Assembly (NCBI RefSeq): GCF_006345805.1
Contig: NC_042997.1
Coordinates: 120,032,001-120,096,000, forward strand
Reading direction: 5' to 3'
From: Octopus sinensis
Lineage: Eukaryota
Length of the DNA stretch: 64,000 nt
The notes under the pieces are model-generated. The model saw nothing but the letters and a program-made list of their open reading frames with translations, was not told the origin of the DNA and made no database searches. Made by a program: the position numbers and the translations under genes. This document shows, piece by piece, positions 1-12,436 of this stretch; positions within the stretch are counted from its first letter, which is position 1; the number at the start of each line of letters is the position of its first letter.

Positions 1-13
1 AAGTCAATAGTCA

Positions 14-256
14 GTGACAGCTGTAACAGTAGTTAGAACAACAACAGCAACAACAGTGACAGCGAAAGCAACAACTTCAGCGGGGGGAAAAAAAAACTTC
101 ACCTCCAACGCCAGTGGAAGCAGCAAATACATCACCACCAACACCCAATCATCATTAACGAAAATAAACGAGGACAATGAAAACGAACCATGTGGATGTG
201 CTCTTTGCCGTTTTACCAAAGCGACGCAGCTAATCCGTGAAAACAAAATTTTGTAA
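14..256 (+). other. Possible degenerate or partial coding segment (Asn/Ser/Thr-rich, ending in CGCALC...ENKIL*)
   Basis: AAC/AGC-rich low-complexity sequence. Frame 1 reads SDSCNSS*NNNSNNSDSESNNF; frame 2 is open 14-256 across a G6/A9 homopolymer. No ATG, no recognised domain, and it runs to the window edge. Confidence 0.15.
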
Positions 257-3200
257 ATTAAAGTGAATTGAAAAGTATATTATTTATGTTGGAAAAATGT
301 TGCCGAAATATGGCACTAGATGTCCCCAGATCTGTCAAACAAGAAACTAATTTGCAGACAGTTCCATACAAAACATTTGGAACAAATGATAGAAATGATA
401 TGGAACACTAGATAGAAAAATGTCAGCCACCAATTTGGAAGAGCAAAACTTATAATGCCATTAGGTAAGTCAGAGAACACTCAGAGTGCTGTTCGACTCA
501 GAGGCAACGAGTGGCAAACTCATCTCCATCCCCATTTCCCAAAGCTGATTCAGTGTACTGTTGTATGCTTCCTTTATGTTTCGTGTTTTTTGTTCTTTTG
601 CCTAGAGTGCATTTAATATCGATATACCTTAAAACCAAAGCCCAAGTTACAAGTAAGATTCTTATAAAATGCTATATAATTCTATAAGATAAATTGACTA
701 ATTTCCATATTGTATTTATTTCTGAAGATTATTGACCGTATTATAAAGCTCTTCGTGTTTTTGCTAAGGTGCGTCAGATTTGTGCCAAATTTAATGACAA
801 TCCTAAGAGGAAAATGAACCTATCTGAAACACACATACATGACGTTTGAAGATACAATTATGCTAAATTTTTATATTTTTGATAAAGTCAAGGTCAGTTT
901 ATTTGCTAATCAAGCACATTTTATTATGTAGCCTTTTCGTTTGCATATCTGAATTGTATCACATATATTCCTGGCAACTGTTTCTCCTAGGTTTATTGCT
1001 AACAGATTCGTATGTATATTTATCTTAAATAATTAACTCATGCAACCTGAAATGAATTATTTGTGGGTGGCAGAAGTCATTTTGCCATTCTAAAATTCCT
1101 ATCTTTTCAGTTTTGGAAGGTTCCTGAACTAATTTGTCTTTCTTCTTGTTTTGTTGCTGTCATCTACTTAGAAATGAATATTAAACAAAAAAATCCTACA
1201 TTCTTTCATAAAGTTAATAATAATATTCGATCTCAAGCAAAAATAGTAATGTTATGGTTTATTGTTGATCTATCCTTGTATCCCATATATAAAGTTGCTT
1301 AACAATCACCCTTTACTTTTACATCAAACCTTGCATTTAAAAGGAATAGGTTTGTGCTATATAAGTTACACATAAATTTAATCGTCAGTTGATAACCATC
1401 TCCATAATTCTTAATCAAAGTGTAAGCAATGATTTTTTTCATTATAATTTAAATGGTTATTAGAATAAATACTAAGTATCTTGCATGCATATCTTAAATA
1501 ATCTATTAAATCTGTTTATACCAGTGTTTCTTTTACACATCTTGAAGCTAATGTAAACAGTATCTGTAACTTTCTTTTTTTATTTAAATAGAAAACATAA
1601 ATTTCCCCCAAAATTTCAAGCAATTTAATGTTCTGATTAGTAAAAACTACCATAATGCAGAAACGATATTTATAGCACCCATTTGGTTGACTTTTGAGTA
1701 AATGATATTAAAAGTTTGACAAGAAGAGAATTATAAAGAAACTATTCATATGTGAATATTTTCGGTGTATAATTCCAATAATTATATTGATGAGTTATGA
1801 AGGAATAAACTTATTCATTTTTAACCATTTATTTACATTTCAAAAACTAGTCATACGGATATTTGATTTCTTATGAGTTATAGAAACTAAAATGTAAGTA
1901 CATATACACTGAGTAATAGATGGGTGCTTGTTATATACATCTCCTTGAATACGTGATATAAATCATATTCTAAAATTCAAAGAAAATGTAATATCTTGAA
2001 AAGAGAATCTTGTGTAAAAGGAAGCAAACTGCTTGCAGTTTGGATGGACTTCTGGAGACCGTAGACTGGTGAGGTAGAAGTATTACGTTATTATTAAATC
2101 AATTATGCCTGTGAAATGAAGCTTTGGTCTTCCCTGCAGTGGATACTACCACTAGGATTGCTTTACTATTTTGTACAGAGGAAAGAAAAGAAAAGGACCA
2201 AAGAACCGACAAACTTCAAAATCAGAATATTTGGAAGAATAATGTGTATTTCCTTTTAAGAAAAATGCATAATCTGCGAGGTACAATTTCGAGGCGAAAA
2301 ACACGAACCGACAGAAGATATTCTGACGTCAGGCCATTGATGTTTTAGCTGAGAATGCGAGCGAAGACTGCTTTTCTATAGCTCGGGGTCAAGGCATCTA
2401 CAACGATAAAGCATTCAGCTGCAGAAAATCCTCACATTATAATTATTTTTGTAGTGTCACTGATCTGGAAGACAAAGAAGAAGTACAGAAGCGGAGTACA
2501 ATTCAATAGCCGTTTATTTTACAATGTTCTCGTTCATCTGGTACGCTGTCTGTGACCATCTTTATAGCAGCGCGTGATTTGTTTTAACACCGTACACGTG
2601 CGGTTCATTTCCTCTGGAGATAAGTATGTGGAGTCAGAGTGGGACAAGAGTCCGCTGTGAGCTGCTGGCTGCGTTGTACTTCTCGGCGTTGAGCGTGAGA
2701 AGAGTGAGAGATGATTGTATATTTGCAACAAGGGGTCAAAACTGAGGTGACAATATAAATACATGTGGGGACATATAACACAAAAATTTAAAATAAAATA
2801 AAATAAATTTAACATATAATAACATGTATGATTCCTGAAAAATGATTAAATGAAAATGAGCTGCCAGCCCCACCACTAGCAGCGTCAATTATTTCTTTTT
2901 TCAGTCCTGGTACTTTTAGCACGTCCATGCCAACATTATCTTTCAATACCTCGTACCGTTTTCTTGCTGTATCTTTTTTATGGCCATGTCCATCTTCCAA
3001 AATTTATGTCCCTTTTTATGTTTTACAATTGCATCTCTTTGACATATGTGATACCAACAGGGATAATGTCCCAATCCACTCCACTTGCCTGTCCCTCCAT
3101 ATCCACAAATTTTGCCGTCCTCTACCCTGTCACCTCTTTCCTCAGTTCCTCATCCGTATCTTCCGTTAATACACATACGTATCCTGGTTCACGGGGGAGG

Positions 3201-3990
3201 GGATTTGTTGTATTTTGTGTCTGTATAATGGAGAAATTAAATGAACAATCTGGCGCTATATTCGATGAAGCAAAGCCTTGTGAGTGGATTTTGGTATATG
3301 AAAAGCATAAGATTTCTTGACGTATACTACAAAATAATTTATTGTCTTCTTACAAAATGAAATTCTAATAAGTTGAATAATCCACGTTTTACAGAAATGG
3401 ATTTTATGGTGTAAACATATATTGGTTGTTTAGAAAAAAAGAAATCTGACTGAATTGATTATATTTAAATATATATATATATATATATATATATTCTCAT
3501 GCTCGAACCTAGATAATTGTCGAAATATTTTGTTTCCTGTGAATAATGTGACCGCATTTATATCAATAATGGTTGGTGCACATGCTCTGTAAATAAGTGC
3601 CCAAGTGACAATCTCTACCAGGTAAGCTTTTCAGAGGAAGAAATCAACCAAATTAGACATTACAAATACAATTTTTAAGTGGAACATTAAAAAATGCAAG
3701 ACTATTGTTAATTTTAAAGTCTGACACTGTATTTGTTATCTAAATTCCAAGGACGGAGCTTTATATTTTTGTAAGAAATCATTTCCTTCTTCGAGGGAAT
3801 AGTTTAAATAATCAGAAATTGAGTAGAACTTTCGCAATACATTGCCCATTCGTTATCCCGTACACGTTTTGTTATCACAGCGTTTTTTTCTTCTCAACCC
3901 GTTCTTCTAAAGAACCTAGGCGCGAAACATCGAAGGCTTTTTCATTGTTCTCAAGCGTTAAAATTATACAATTGCTTGTCGTTCTGACAC

Positions 3991-4580
3991 CTTCATCATA
4001 TCAACTAAGACTTCATCATATCAACTAATACACCAATCATGGAACTATTATCTGCTTGAAGGATAAAAATTGAACCGAAGTCATTGAACGACGAATAGAG
4101 TTTGTATGGGCAGACTTTGGTAAATCACGTCTGCGTAACAAACAGTGATTTGCTCATGTGTCTGAAAAAGAAAGGTTTTCATCTTGTGTGTGCTGCTTTC
4201 AATTACTTATTCATCATAAACATGGACTATAAACAAGAACATTGAAAATTAATTAAGAGCAATGCCGAAGATTAACAAAACGGATGAGTGGAGAAACAAT
4301 ATAATAATGTGGTAAAAAGTTGAACGGATATTCTCTGAAATTGATTTTCATGGGACGTGTGTTTAGAAGAAAGGAGAAAATTGGAATAACAAATAGACAG
4401 GCTGGAGGCTACATGGTGAAAAAAAGAAGAGGGAAAGGTCATGCAGATGTTGAAATGAAAACGTTGTTAAATTATTCGCACACAAACTTGAATGAGGAAA
4501 ACACATTAGGCCATGTTTGGTGGAGATACCATTGTACAGCATTCGTCCAGGAGTGGACCAAACATATGCAAATATGAAAA
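3991..4580 (+). mobile_element. Degenerate RTE-clade LINE, 3' part of ORF
   Basis: Translations TWTINKNIEN*LRA and GRVFRRKEK...GGYMVKKRRGKG resemble the RTE C-terminal patterns ETWTL..K..E.RI.AFE and GHV.R...GKRRRGRP. Many stops and frameshifts. Confidence 0.6.
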
Positions 4581-5584
4581 CCGACCAAATATAAATAAAA
4601 TCTTCCAAATTAGGGAGTGAATTATTCTGTGCAAGTATTTCGTTCTCCCCAGTTTTTCTCGTCTTTACTTTAATACTTTTAGATTTTACTCTAAGATTCT
4701 TTTCGATCCCAGGTCGGATACGATTGAGTAGCATGGAATTGTGAAGTTTGGCAGATATGGTTGTGAGAGTAATTTCCCTGTGTATTTGATGACACTGTAA
4801 TGTCTTTGTAAACTGTTGGATGCGTCATTTTCTCCATTCTTCTCTGCGTCTTACAGAATCAATGAAAAATACCATTAAATTTCCGTTTTCCGAACTTCAA
4901 GTGAGATTTCGCCAAACCAGCTGCCTTTCTGTTCTTCAAAGGTTTTATAAATTCTTCCAGTTCAAGTATAGAAAACAGCCAGAATTTCATGTTGTCTTGA
5001 TGGTGAACAATCTTCCTAATTTCAAAGAGTGTAATTTCAGGTCTCATAGTAAGTAGGATTTTAAAGTGATCTCTCCATACTTTGAGTCGTTCAACTTCAT
5101 TTCGTGCTTTGAGTTTGGATTCTGAAAAGGATGTTCTTCAATATTCTATGTCATAAATGGTTGTTTATTGTCAATAGAAACTTTGTCGATTTGTTTTTGA
5201 ATATAAAGCTCTTGCTCTTTTTGATATTCTGAGTCTAATTTCTTCTGTACTTTAGCGAACTGCTTAAGGGTCGATCTTGTACGACTAGTTCTTTTTAGCT
5301 TAAAAATCTTTCCCAGTGTTTCTCCCTTTACGGTAACAGCTACAGTTTCCCATGGAAACTCTACGTATAACATTTGATTTCAAAGGGTTGCACTCATCTA
5401 GTGCTTACTTGGCTACAGTGACAGCATTTTCATGCTCATCATTGGTAGTTGTTTCGCAGTATTTTACAGGGCTCCATATCAGTTACTTTATATAATTGCA
5501 AATTGATCACACATATCAGGATTGCTAGAGATGACCATTTGTAGCATTTGCTTTTGGTTTAGGTTTTCCACTTGATCTGAGCTG
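4570..5584 (-). mobile_element. Degenerate RTE-like LINE: linker and N-terminal RT region
   Basis: Minus-strand fragments TTNDEHEN, EFPWETVAV, YQKEQELYIQKQIDK, SKLKARNEVERLKVWRDHFKILL and ITLTTISAKLHNSMLLNRIRPGIEKNLR occur in the order expected for a LINE linker and RT start. Confidence 0.8.
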
Positions 5585-5704
5585 AGGCACATCCAGTTGG
5601 TTTTCTTCAACGCTTCCTCATCGACGATGAGTGTTGACTTCATCACTTTAAATCTGAGATAAATAAATACTCTACACAGCGGAAACACCCGTCTTACATG
5701 CCCC
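5585..5704 (+). repeat. Inverted copy of 7508-7628 (LINE endonuclease segment)
   Basis: The reverse complement matches 7508-7628 over about 120 bp with 2 mismatches (CGTC vs CCTG). Confidence 0.9.
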
Positions 5705-5962
5705 AGAGTCATGCTACTGACCTTGGGACATACACTGGTAGATCTCAATATAAAATCTCTGATTATATATTTAAGTCAAAGTTATTCTGTCCCTGCCCGT
5801 CTTACTCTTTTACTCTTTTACTTCATTTGGCTTCAGAGTCATGCTACTGACCTTGGGACATACACTGGTAGATCTCAATATAAAATCTCTGATTATATAT
5901 TTAAGTCAAAGTTATTCTGTCCCTGCCCGTCTTACTCTTTTACTCTTTTACTTCATTTGGCT
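5704..5962. repeat. Perfect tandem duplication, 130-bp period
   Basis: cagagtcatgctactgacc...cttcatttggct occurs at 5704 and again at 5834. It includes the 3' tail of the adjacent SINE. Confidence 0.95.
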
Positions 5963-6304
5963 GCGGCCGTGCTGGCGCACCGCCTTTAGGCGAGCAAGTC
6001 AACCCCAGGACTGATTCTCTGTAAGCCTAGTACTTATTGTATCTGTCCCTTTTGCCGAACCGCTAAGTTACGGGGATGTAAACACACCAGCATCGGTTAT
6101 CAAGCGATGTTAGGGGTACAAACACACACACATATACATATAAATATATACGGATGGTGGCTTTCAGTTTCAGTCTACCAAATCCACTCACAAGCTTTGG
6201 TCGGCCCGAGGCTATAGTAGAAGACATTTGTCCAAGGTGCCACGCAGTGGGACTGAACCCGAAAACATGAGGTTGGTAAGGAAGCTACTTACCACACAGC
6301 CACT
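5932..6304 (-). mobile_element. tRNA-headed SINE, family A (TAAAAGAG tail)
   Basis: The reverse complement aligns over its length with the plus-strand copy at 32028-32425 (gtggctgtgtggtaagtagc... head, box-B-like GGTTCAGTCC, internal CA/TA tract, gtaaaagag tail). Confidence 0.9.
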
Positions 6305-6439
6305 ACAGCGTCTTGTCAATATTCACAACCAGAAATGAGTTCCTGTCAATAAATAACCCATAACATTATTGTAAATGATGAGATAAAAAAATGATCTGAT
6401 TTTCTGATCAGAAGTTATCTCCAAGATCCCAACCAATAT

Positions 6440-6775
6440 GGCCTCTACGTAAGGCAGAGAATATATCACACTCCTTCAGTAGAGTTTCGATTTACCTGTT
6501 TAGAACTAGCAGTTGAAAAATAAGCAGACGAATGTCCAGCTAGAGTAAGTAAAGTAATGTTACTTTCTCGAGTCATGACTCATAAGGGTCAGATTCTATG
6601 GCGTTTATATTCCACTCCTGGACCGGATGCCGGTCCGTAGCAGGAGTATTCTTTTCGCCAAGTTAGAGGACTAGAGCAATAGGAAATGAAGTGTTTTGCT
6701 CAAGAACAAAACGCGTCCTCCTTTCTAGGAATCAGAACCAGAATTTTACGATTGAGAGTCCAAAACTACTAAGCC
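6440..6775 (-). mobile_element. Degenerate tRNA-headed SINE (family B-like)
   Basis: Minus strand begins ggcttagtag...gttctgattcc...ttgttcttgagcaaaacac, similar to the heads at 43809-43985 and 45789. Confidence 0.6.
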
Positions 6776-6793
6776 TAATTACTCAGTTTTGGC

Positions 6794-6874
6794 GGGTTCA
6801 AAATGCATTGCGCTTCTTGACTATCCTCAAAAGTGCTACATAATCAGTGGAGACTCCAGCACACAAGTTCTTGG
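6794..6874 (+). repeat. Inverted copy of 7389-7470 (endonuclease GD motif segment)
   Basis: A 37-bp perfect core (acataatcagtggagactccagcacacaagttcttgg) plus about 45 bp of diverged extension. Encodes CYIISGDSSTQVLG. Confidence 0.85.
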
Positions 6875-7124
6875 CCTCCACCCATCGCATCAAACTGGAA
6901 GTGTCATCTTTAAAAGCCCAATCAGCGTAAATAAACCGATAACAGCATATTTTGCGTTCACTAAATAGATAATCCCTCGCTTTTGTATGGAATGGAATAA
7001 AAGAGATAGTTTAGCCCTACTAACAATACATCTTAAATGAAAATTCTGTAATTGCAAGGCCCATATGTTTCATAAACTGAAAAGTTCACATGCAGACCAA
7101 GGTAATCTCATGGAATGTGACTAA

Positions 7125-7800
7125 ATGAGAATTACTTTTCAATATAGTCCCTGTTCCTGTCCACACACTTCTTTCATCGCTTTAGAAGTGGTCAGTGAAG
7201 AAGTTTTCGCCGTGCTAGTGAAAACGTCGCCAAGATTAGATATAATTCAACATCGTGGCGATACTTGTACCAGCCAAGTCTTTTTTCCACATTGCGGAAC
7301 CAATGATAGACACCCTGAGCCACAACCGGAGAATGGGGAGGGTGGTCAACCAGGTCGGAGCCACAGCTACTCACAATTGCTATTGAAACCAAGAACTTGT
7401 GTGCTGGAGTCTCCACTGATTATGTGGCTCTTTTGAGGACAGTCGAGAAGCGCAATTCATTTTGCATCCCCAACTTCCCTGCAGATGAAACGACTTCGGC
7501 GTTCTTTGGGGCATGTAAGACGGGTGTTTCCGCTGTGTAGAGTATTTATTTATCTCAGATTTAAAGTGATGAAGTCAACACTCATCCTGGATGAGGAAGC
7601 GTTGAAGAAAACCAACTGGATGTGCCTCAAATAATGTCGAATTTGTCTGTAGTGTTATGGCGTGCTGCGCTTTGGTCAGCGGGGAGAGGACGTGACACCC
7701 ACCGAGCAAACCATGCATCATGCTAAGTTTATTGTGCGGAAAATTCTCAAATTTCTCACTTGATATGATAATATCATTGGTTATTTGATTCATAGACAAT
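7125..7800 (-). mobile_element. Degenerate APE-type endonuclease domain of the same RTE-like LINE
   Basis: Minus-strand motifs in correct order: DIIISSE (QE region), GGCHVLSP, LHAPKN (YAP), IISGDSSTQVLG (GDxN), VELYLI (IDY) and SDERSV (SDH). Confidence 0.65.
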
Positions 7801-10800
7801 CCATCACCATGTTCCTGTTACCATCTTCCTGTCATCCATCACCATCCTCTCTTAAATTCACTTGCCTATTTTTGTATTGTTTATAAAGCTGGAGCGATAC
7901 CCACTAATGAAGTAAGATGTCAGCATGTATGCCCATGGGGACTAAACCGTTTTGTTTTTGGATATACTTTATAATACCATGTTGCCAAGTTTTGTCCATT
8001 GTCAAGAGAAGTAGCTACCAACGACTTTTGAAGTTTTCTCTCAACATTCAGGGGTCATTAATATGCTGGTGTCAGCTTTCCTGGAAAGAAACAACGAAGT
8101 TATCAACAAGAAAATGCATGCAAGATTTCATAGCATCACTCCTTCATAGTTAGCATATGAACGTGTCTGCCCATAGCATTCTTAATACGTTTTAATAATC
8201 CTAAACATTTTAAATATAGCAATCGTGTGTCTCTCTGCCGATGCTTGCGTGTGAATATGAGTGTGACCCTACCACAATGTGTATTTTGGTAGGCGTGACC
8301 ATAAATGCTTCGTTTTCAAACCTTTGACTCGTTTATCATGTAAACGCAATATCTCACCATTTATACAGTGATGCCAACTAAACGTCATAAATTGCATACT
8401 TGAGTAGAATAAGGCATGCAAATATTTTCATATTTTATTTATTTCCTTTGCTGATGAAGCTGAAAAAATAATTCAATTTATGTAATCACACCAATGGACA
8501 TACAGAAACGCGTGTATGTTAAATAACGCTGGGAAAATTAATTAGCCTTCCTGCATTGTCATTGTTTATGTACTTATATATGTACATAGTACATGTATAC
8601 AGATACCCACAAACATACACGCATACATGTATGCATAACTGCAGAAATACACAAAGGCGCGCGCACACAGAGACATATGTGTGTGTGTGTTTATTTCCCT
8701 GTGTATATGTGTATGTGTGTAGCAAGGACATAATATTTTTTCTAAAGCCAATATACCAAATGTATTATAAGTTTAGTAGGAAATAGTTACTTTTTTGTAA
8801 GCAGTGCGATATTCTCAATTTCCAGTTTATCTTTATAGATTATCTATAAAATTTAGAGTCAGTTCTGCACGTTACAATGTTTCGTACATGAATTCGCCTA
8901 TATAACGAATGTAATCGAAGAACGGAAAATAAGTAATGTGTGTACATACATATTTCAAGAGTTATTGCACTTTCAACAACACCACAGCCAGCCCATCTAA
9001 TATCAATGAACATATAGAGCTATATGTCATGAAATATACATAAACACCCATCACCGTTGTTTCCATGTTGGACCACATTGTTTCAATAGAGATATTCGTA
9101 TACGAAACATTTTAACGTGTCGTGTTGGCTCTAAATTCTATTGAAAATCTTGACATAAACTTAATAGTGAGTATATCACGCTACCAACTAAGTGTTTACA
9201 TGTAAAACTGTGTCATAATTTGTAGTGTATTGAAGAAGCAAAACGAAATAGTGTCCTTACTAGCAAATCATATTTTCATACCAGTCGCTAGGAATGTGTA
9301 CAATGTATAAATTGGTTTATTCAACTGTCAGACACAACTAAATTCAGTGGGTATTTAGGCAACCCGTTCGTGGATAGCAGATGGGTTGGGCGTATACAGA
9401 CTTATTTTACAATTCTCCATTTGGTGTAAACTTTGATATTTATTAAAACTATTCTGTAAATTCCTGTATTTCTATTTACTTGAAGCTGTAGATTGTGGTA
9501 TTTACAGAATCTCATTAGCAACTTCGCTGCCGGTGTCACATTTCTTTAAAATTTGATAATCTATGAATGTATTTGATTATATTCTAAGCCTCAGTCATTA
9601 TTGAGTAACTATAAAATTAAGTATATTTCCCCCCTGCAAATATTCCTTCTTTCCTCCAGATAAAATGTTCCCTTTAAAGTAAGTCACATCTATTTTTCAT
9701 AATCGACACAGGGTTTGTTTCTGAAAGCAAAGAAGTCCTTGAAATCATTACCATCCCTAATCTGTCGAATACCTGAAAGCCCTTCCATTCCTAAAAATTC
9801 TAAAATTGCGTTCATCAATTAGAAGTGAAGAATCAATACCACTAATTGCCGATAATTCATATTGGTCTGAATAAAAGAAAATTCTTCCCTAATATGGTTA
9901 ACATTTCTGCAAATAATTTCTGCCTTGTTACCTGCACTTTTGAAAAAAGTAATTTCTGTTACTTCCTCCGCTATATGCAAAAATATTATAGTTTTACTGC
10001 ATTCTTGCTCAATATATTGAGCATATATCTAGTGATGTGTTATACCTACAAACCACTAAGAGCAGATATTTAGACAATTTTAGTTACCTCTGCAAGTGGA
10101 AATATGCTCTAAATTGAAAATAAGCCTATAAGACTACATTAAATAGACAAACCTGTTTGATGTCAAGGAACTTGGTGCCGTATATCAAATATTGAGAATA
10201 TTGGTTTTCCTAATATTCTTAGAATGGAAGGTTGAATACACTGCCTGATGGAAATAAATCGGTATTGACCTAACGTAATTATGTCAGAGATGATGTGCGG
10301 ATGCGCTTTCATTTCAAATGTAAACAGTGTATATTCTCAGATGTGCACTTCATTTGTGTTTTGACTATAGAATTACCAAATAAAGCAACAGCAAAAGACT
10401 AAAAGAGAAGGTTTGAAGGAATATCATTTCATATGTTATTGTTAACAGTCATCAATCCTTCCATGTACTTGAGAATACAAGTTTTTTTTTTACTGAAAAT
10501 AATTTCATTTGTTTCTTTCTGTGTTTATTTAACTCACTTATCTACATCTATTGTAATGTGATCCGTGTCTTATTATATTCCTTGGCATAGTATAATATAT
10601 GCTGGAGATCCTGAAGAGTTATTATCATTTTTGTTAAGTTGTAACTGCAAATTATAATCATTCACATATCAGCTTACATAAATAATATTAGAAATCTGTA
10701 AATTTTATGATATTGAAATTATTTTAGGTGATTCAAAGTTTGATTAATCTAGAATCACAAGACTAAATTTTAAATGTTTTGGAATGCTGGCATTCATAAA

Positions 10801-12270
10801 AATCAAAGAATTCATAGTTTAGTTTTTAGCATCAATGTATTACGACCTTCCTCGACTACAATTGATAAACACGTGACTCTTTTTGAAAACTAAGCTAAAG
10901 TCTTTGAAAACTGCTTTTTGTCGTCAATATTATACATCTCGATTATACTTCAAATTTAATTGTTTCTTGTGATTTATTGCAATCGTTGATATTAGCATTT
11001 TGTAACGTTCATATGTCATACTTAATTGGATATGTAATGATTTTTTGAATGCTATAAATCATTTTTAATACTTAAAATATGTTATAACTGGTAATAAATT
11101 CATTTTTACGAATGCACACACAGTGTAATCCATCTTTTGATCTCATAGCATTAAAGTGCTGGCTTACAATGCTATTTTAATGTTTGCAGTTGGAGGATCA
11201 ATAAAGGCTTTGTGAATCGGCGGTTGTGTCGACAGATTCATAATTTAGAAACTATTATTGTTGACTAAAGCTGAAAACTATATTCTTTTAAGTAATATAT
11301 GTGAATCTCTAGCTGTAATTTCCAACATATTTGCATAAAACTGAACTTGTGAATAGCGACTGGAAAAGGGAATAAGTTTAGCAATGTCCAGTATCTAATT
11401 AAAAAGAGAAAAAAATACGTATCTTGTACACTTTCGTATGGATAAATGTAATATATTTAGCATTAGAGATATACAAAATATTAAGCCCATTGCAAGTTAC
11501 TAAATCGTCGGGGAATTTAACCCATGACTGAGAATATCACGCCAATGAAAATTCTGAGACCTTAACCTGTTAATATTTTTCATGGCAAGATTGGCCCGCT
11601 AGTAATCACTTATGAAAAGCAGAATTTTTTCAAAAACCTTTAGTTGAATGTTAGAAAGCTTATAGTGATCGTAAAGTTCCCAATTGAAGGACATACATGA
11701 TAAAGTATTGGAGAATATCATATTTGAAGATCGATTCTGTTGTAATGGAAATATTTTCATAAAGAGTAAATTTATCATTAATAGGATTAACATCTCATTA
11801 GAAAATAAAAGTGAAGTATATAAATTTTGTTAGTTTTATTTATTGGTTTCTTAAAAAAATAACATGTATTTCCTTGAGTATCCTAAACAATCATTTTTTT
11901 TTTTTCATTATCTTTGCAAGTAATTATAGATATATGTCTAACATTATTACTTCAATTATGTCAGACACTCTATTTGAGAGATCAAGTTAAATTGGTGAGG
12001 GGATACATTTTCAACAAGTAAATCCTGTGTTTTCATAAAACACCATTGATGTAAAGAACAAAACATAATTGAAAGGCAAAACAAAAAAGAGAAAGAAATT
12101 AATTAATATAAAATGATAATAAAATAAGAACGTAAATGAATCGAACAGCAGGATTAGCAATGAACTTTACAAAATTATATAAATTGCCTTCTAGTTCTTA
12201 CATCGAAGGAAAAAGCATGTATTTTTCGTATATTATAATTAACTAAGCCGTTTTAATTGTATAATTTCTA

Positions 12271-12276
12271 TTTATT
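12271..12276 (-). promoter_or_regulatory. Candidate polyadenylation signal of the glycosyltransferase gene
   Basis: AATAAA on the minus strand about 160 nt after the stop codon. The motif is common in this AT-rich DNA. Confidence 0.25.
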
Positions 12277-12436
12277 ATCGTAATCAATCACGTTGCCTCC
12301 TCTTGAAATTTCTCCTCATCATTAGTTTCATCATTTTAATTATCTCATTCACCCTCTTCCAACCTTATGATTATTTTACTATAAATAATTTGAATAAATA
12401 ATTGTTTCTGACGCAGCATATATAAAATAAAATCTA

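Noticed and set aside
3991-7800. Plus-strand RTE 3' end next to a minus-strand EN/RT LINE as a twin-priming 5' inversion
   Set aside because: The pieces converge, whereas twin priming gives segments diverging from the junction. Two separate insertions are simpler.
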